Positions 30,024 to 33,594 of a stretch of 33,594 nt of DNA are shown here, piece by piece. The stretch is from positions 1 to 33,594 of the forward strand of contig JAKZVH010000164.1 in the NCBI GenBank assembly GCA_047516145.1. The letters are read 5' to 3'. The notes beneath the pieces were generated by a model, which searched no databases, was not told the DNA's origin, and worked only from the letters and a program-made list of their open reading frames with translations. A program made the translations under genes and the position numbers. This DNA comes from Gammaproteobacteria bacterium. Lineage in GTDB: Bacteria > Pseudomonadota > Gammaproteobacteria > Steroidobacterales > Rariloculaceae. Position 1 is the stretch's first letter. Every line of letters starts with the position of its first letter.

Positions 30024-30479
30024 ATGTTCAAACACAGGGTCAGTTCAGACACGGTAGACATCGCCGCGCCAGTCGAACGGGTGTGGGACATTCTCATGGA
30101 CATCGAGCGGTACGGTGAATGGAATCCGTTTACAACACGGGTCGAAACGGATTTCGAAATCGGCTCGCCGGTCGATTTGTATGTCACCCTGGGGAGTTTG
30201 AAGCTGAAGCAGCCGGAATGGATCGAGTCCGTCGATCCGCCGCACCTGCTGGCCTGGGGCACCAGGTTAGGCAGTCGCTATCTGCTTTCTGCCCGACGGG
30301 AACAACGCCTGGAAGCCCTGGGCGAAACGCGCTGCCGCTACTTGACGACCGACGCGTTTACCGGTCCGCTCACTCCGTTGGTCGTGTTGCTGTTCGGACG
30401 GCTCATCCGGCGCGGCTTCAACGACATGGCGCTGTCGCTGAAAGCGCGCGCGGAAGCCCTAACACAGCAAACCCTTTAG
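30024..30479 (+). CDS. SRPBCC/START-fold (polyketide cyclase-like) ligand-binding protein
   Basis: Motifs IAAPVERVWDIL...YGEWNPF and C-terminal GFNDMALSLKARAE. GGGAGG RBS. Confidence 0.88.
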   Translation: MFKHRVSSDTVDIAAPVERVWDILMDIERYGEWNPFTTRVETDFEIGSPVDLYVTLGSLKLKQPEWIESVDPPHLLAWGTRLGSRYLLSARREQRLEALGETRCRYLTTDAFTGPLTPLVVLLFGRLIRRGFNDMALSLKARAEALTQQTL

Positions 30480-31535
30480 TTCACTGCGCCGCCAACCAGC
30501 CGCGATTCTTCCCGAGGGAACGCCGCCCAGCAGTTCGCCGAGTTCCCGGCGGGTCGCCAGAACCTGCGGGTCGATATCGAGTTCACGGGCACGCTGCCTT
30601 GCCCGCTCGCGCAACTGCTTCAGTCCACCGTTGGCGGGAACGCCATGCGGCAAGCTGGCCAGCCGCAGGTTTTCCGGGTTGCGTGAAGCGGCGATGGCCG
30701 AGAGGATCTCGTCGCCGCGACGCTGCGCGAGGCGGGGCGGCATCTCGGGGATCCTCTGCAATTCTTCCTGTGCTTGCGGCGAAAACCGGGCAATGCGCAC
30801 CAGCAGGTCGTCGCTGCAGATCCAGCCCCTCGGCCGGTTCAACCGTTGCGCGCACCGCTCGCGCCACTCCACCAGCCCCAGGGCGGCGCACCGGGTTCCC
30901 GTATCTGCCTTACCGATGCCCTTCAGGCGCGACCAGAGCATCTGCGGCGGGGTCTGCACCGGCGTATCGAGCGCGCTTCGACAGTCCTCCTCCAGCCATT
31001 CGATTCGATCCAGGCCGTCCAGTTTTCGCCGTAGTGCTCCCCACAGCGCGGGCAGGTGGCGAACATCGTCCAGCGCGTAGCCCAGCGCGCCCTCCGGAAG
31101 CGGCCGGGCCGCCCAATTGGCACGCGTGAAGGCCTTGTCGATTTCGATGTCCAGTTCCTCCGCGAGGAGGCTCTGCAGGCCGATCTGCGGCGCGTAGCCG
31201 AGCAGACCGGCGGCGAGTTGCGTGTCGATCAGGCGATCGGGGAGGCGCCCCAGGCGCGGCAGCATCACCTCCAGGTCCTGCCGGGCGCTGTGCAGTAGCA
31301 AGGCGCGCCCCGGTGCGACCAGGGCGGCAAACAGAGGATCCAGGTCCATGTCGGCCAGGCAGTCAACGCAAGCCAGCCGCCGTGGCGTTGCAATCTGGAT
31401 CAGGCACAGTCGCGGATAGTACGTCTGCTCGCGAATGAATTCGGTATCGAGCGCAATCAACGGCGAATCGTCGATCGCGTCCACCAGGGTCGCAAGGGCT
31501 TGCGAATCGCCAACGAGTCGTTCTGTATCGGTCAC
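30459..31535 (-). CDS. rnd: Ribonuclease D
   Basis: DEDD exonuclease motifs ALDTEF, HSARQDLE, DTQLAA and YALDDV, followed by an HRDC region. The 3' end overlaps the SRPBCC gene by 21 bp. Confidence 0.92.
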   Translation of the reverse strand: MTDTERLVGDSQALATLVDAIDDSPLIALDTEFIREQTYYPRLCLIQIATPRRLACVDCLADMDLDPLFAALVAPGRALLLHSARQDLEVMLPRLGRLPDRLIDTQLAAGLLGYAPQIGLQSLLAEELDIEIDKAFTRANWAARPLPEGALGYALDDVRHLPALWGALRRKLDGLDRIEWLEEDCRSALDTPVQTPPQMLWSRLKGIGKADTGTRCAALGLVEWRERCAQRLNRPRGWICSDDLLVRIARFSPQAQEELQRIPEMPPRLAQRRGDEILSAIAASRNPENLRLASLPHGVPANGGLKQLRERARQRARELDIDPQVLATRRELGELLGGVPSGRIAAGWRRSELKGLLC

Positions 31536-31597
31536 GGATTTGTGAGACAGTACACCAACTCCGCCTGGTCGAGTAATACACTGTCGGCAGCCGATCG

Positions 31598-33028
31598 ATG
31601 CACGTCCACATCCTGGGAATCTGCGGTACGTTCATGGGCGGCATTGCCGCGATCGCAAAGGCCGCGGGTCACCGCGTCTCCGGGTCCGACAAGAATGCCT
31701 ACCCGCCCATGAGCGATCAGCTCAGGGAGCTGGGTATTGCCGTGCGCGAAGGGTACCATCCGAACCACTTGAACGACGATATCGATTGCGCGATCGTCGG
31801 CAACGTCATGAGCCGGGGCAACCCGATGGTCGAGGCCTTGCTGAACTCCAGCCTGCCCTACAGGTCCGGGCCCCGGTGGCTGGCCGAGCACGTGCTCAAG
31901 GATCGCTGGGTGCTGGCGGTCGCCGGGACCCACGGCAAGACCACCACGAGCAGCCTGCTGGCGTGGATACTCGACTACGCGGGACTCGAGCCGGGATTCC
32001 TGATCGGCGGCGTCCCGGCGAATTTTGGCGTATCCGCGCGCCTTGGAGGCTCCAGGTATTTCGTGGTAGAGGCCGATGAATACGACACGGCGTTCTTCGA
32101 TAAACGGGCCAAGTTCGTCCACTATCGTCCGCGAACCCTGGCGATCACCAACATCGAATACGACCACGCCGATATCTATGCCGACATGGGCGCAATCCTG
32201 CGCCAGTTTCATCACCTCTTGCGCACCGTTCCGGGCCGTGGCCGGGTCGCCGTCAATGGCCGTGACAGCAACGTGGAAAAGCTGCTGGCACAAGGCATCT
32301 GGACGCCCGTGGAAACGTTCAGCGCGGTGGATCGCGGGTCGGAATGGTTCGGGCGCGGCGTTCCAGTCGAGTCGGGTTCCGGCTTCAGCGTCCGTCACCG
32401 TGGCGAGCACGTGGGGCAGGCCAGCTGGCGTCAGCTCGGCAACCACAACGTGGAGAACGCGCTGGCCGCCATCGCTTGCGCGGCCCATGCGGGTGTCCCG
32501 GTGGCATCGTCTCTCGAAGCCCTCTCCAGCTTCCGCGGCGTAAGGCGGCGCCTGGAGGAGCGTGGCGAGTACGACGGGATCGCGCTGTACGATGATTTCG
32601 CACACCATCCCACCGCCATCCGAGCGACGCTGGCTGCGCTGCGCAACGCGCGACCCGAGCGGCGAATCGTTGCGGTCCTCGAACCGGGTTCCAATACGAT
32701 GCGCATGGGCATTCATCGGGGCTCGCTGGGACCGTCCCTGGACGAGGCCGACAAGGTTTTCGTGTTGACGTCCGGCGACCTGGAGTGGGATGCGGAGTCC
32801 GTGCTGGCCAGTCTGGGCGACAGGCTGGTCGCGGTGGATCTGGCGGATGGACTGCTCCTGCGCCTGCTGGACGAGTTGCGGCCCGGGGACCAGGTGGCGC
32901 TCATGTCCAACCGGGGGTTCCAGGGACTTCCCGGGCGGCTGCAAGATGCCTTGAGCCGCCGAGCCGCCCCCGGCGCCAGCCCAGGCGCCGAGGGGTGGGT
33001 TTCCCCAGCGCCCACAGTCAAAGACTAA
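31598..33028 (+). CDS. mpl: Murein peptide ligase (UDP-MurNAc:tripeptide ligase)
   Basis: Motifs HILGICGTFMGG, AGTHGKTTT, EADEYDTAFFDK and DDFAHHPTAI. Confidence 0.95.
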   Translation: MHVHILGICGTFMGGIAAIAKAAGHRVSGSDKNAYPPMSDQLRELGIAVREGYHPNHLNDDIDCAIVGNVMSRGNPMVEALLNSSLPYRSGPRWLAEHVLKDRWVLAVAGTHGKTTTSSLLAWILDYAGLEPGFLIGGVPANFGVSARLGGSRYFVVEADEYDTAFFDKRAKFVHYRPRTLAITNIEYDHADIYADMGAILRQFHHLLRTVPGRGRVAVNGRDSNVEKLLAQGIWTPVETFSAVDRGSEWFGRGVPVESGSGFSVRHRGEHVGQASWRQLGNHNVENALAAIACAAHAGVPVASSLEALSSFRGVRRRLEERGEYDGIALYDDFAHHPTAIRATLAALRNARPERRIVAVLEPGSNTMRMGIHRGSLGPSLDEADKVFVLTSGDLEWDAESVLASLGDRLVAVDLADGLLLRLLDELRPGDQVALMSNRGFQGLPGRLQDALSRRAAPGASPGAEGWVSPAPTVKD

Positions 33029-33092
33029 CGACGAGTTCGGTAGAACAAAACTGGGAAGATTTGAACAGAGAAGCAAACCGCAAGCGGACTGG

Positions 33093-33215
33093 CTACAACT
33101 TGAGCGTACTCACGCCGATGCCGAGGGTGCCGGACGCCAGGTGCGCCAGATCGGCGATCACCCCGTAGCGAAACAGCGCCACCGCTTGTCGCAGTTCGTC
33201 ATCGTGGTCGTTCAT
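33093..33215 (-). pseudogene. N-terminal remnant of a DDE integrase/Mu-like transposase
   Basis: Not in the ORF track. Translates as MNDHDDELRQAVALFRYGVIADLAHLASGTLGIGVSTLKL*. ALFRYGVIA resembles the N-terminus of rve/Mu-type transposases. Confidence 0.6.
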
Positions 33216-33360
33216 GGCGTCTGTGCGTTCCTCGGGGTCGTTGCCGGTTCAAGGCGTCATGTTAGATCCCCGGGACCGGCCGATCAGGCCCCACCTTGTG
33301 TTGGAAGCCTCGGGCGCGATTACCGAAGCTGCACCCAACATGCCTCTCCGAATTAACTAG

Positions 33361-33594
33361 TGTCTGCCCGAAAATTCCTATGTATCTGAATGGTAACGTG
33401 AAAGGGTGATTTTCGGTGTTGAAGATATATCGTCTGGAGCGCCAATCGGGGACAATAAGGCCGGTTGGGCCCGATTCCGGGCGATCTTCGAGGGATTGAG
33501 CATGCGTGAAGTCCAGAAGCGGCAGTTTCAATTCGGTCAGGTGGCGATCGAGGACATCTGGCTCGATCCGAAGTCTCGGGACGACATACCGGCG
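33361..33594 (+). mobile_element. Left end of an ISNCY-like (ISDol1-type) insertion sequence, running off the window
   Basis: Candidate IRL TGTCTGCCCGAAAATTCC follows CTAG. An AT-richer leader precedes a transposase start. Confidence 0.7.
33502..33594 (+). CDS. Transposase N-terminus (partial)
   Basis: MREVQKRQFQFGQVAIEDIWLDPKSRDDIPA matches the Q..FGQ..I..I.LD.KSRDDIP start I recall for ISNCY transposases. GAGGG RBS. Confidence 0.75.
   Translation, partial: MREVQKRQFQFGQVAIEDIWLDPKSRDDIPA

Overview
A GC-rich bacterial chromosome segment; gene content and order suggest a Gammaproteobacterium (inference). It is mostly housekeeping and stress genes: a P-loop ATPase, Lhr helicase, DUF885 lipoprotein, a sulfotransferase-like gene, cca, an aminopeptidase, H+-pyrophosphatase (hppA), pcm-rhodanese-tolC, hldE, a split class II ribonucleotide reductase (nrdJa/nrdJb) with NrdR boxes, sigma32-driven Hsp20, sigmaE-driven DegP/DegQ, PPi-type pfk, adk, rnd and mpl. 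Four things stand out. (1) A family of short intergenic elements with ~20-bp terminal inverted repeats (consensus YTAG-CCCGCATWTCTCACCRA) occurs about seven times, and one copy supplies a gene's start codon. (2) A six-gene accessory operon between adk and rnd (SDR, sterol-reductase-like remnant, DUF1214-like protein, sulfotransferase, SDR, SRPBCC) may modify and sulfate sterols or other lipids. (3) Conserved genes carry several lesions: in-frame TAGs in pfk and nrdJb, a head-to-head junction lacking the 5' ends of both cca and the aminopeptidase, and an in-frame internal deletion in the sterol-reductase-like gene. These may be real decay or assembly artefacts. (4) The right edge holds nested mobile-element remnants and the left end of an ISNCY-like IS. 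No rRNA, tRNA or CRISPR array was seen. All family assignments come from motif recognition by eye, not database searches.
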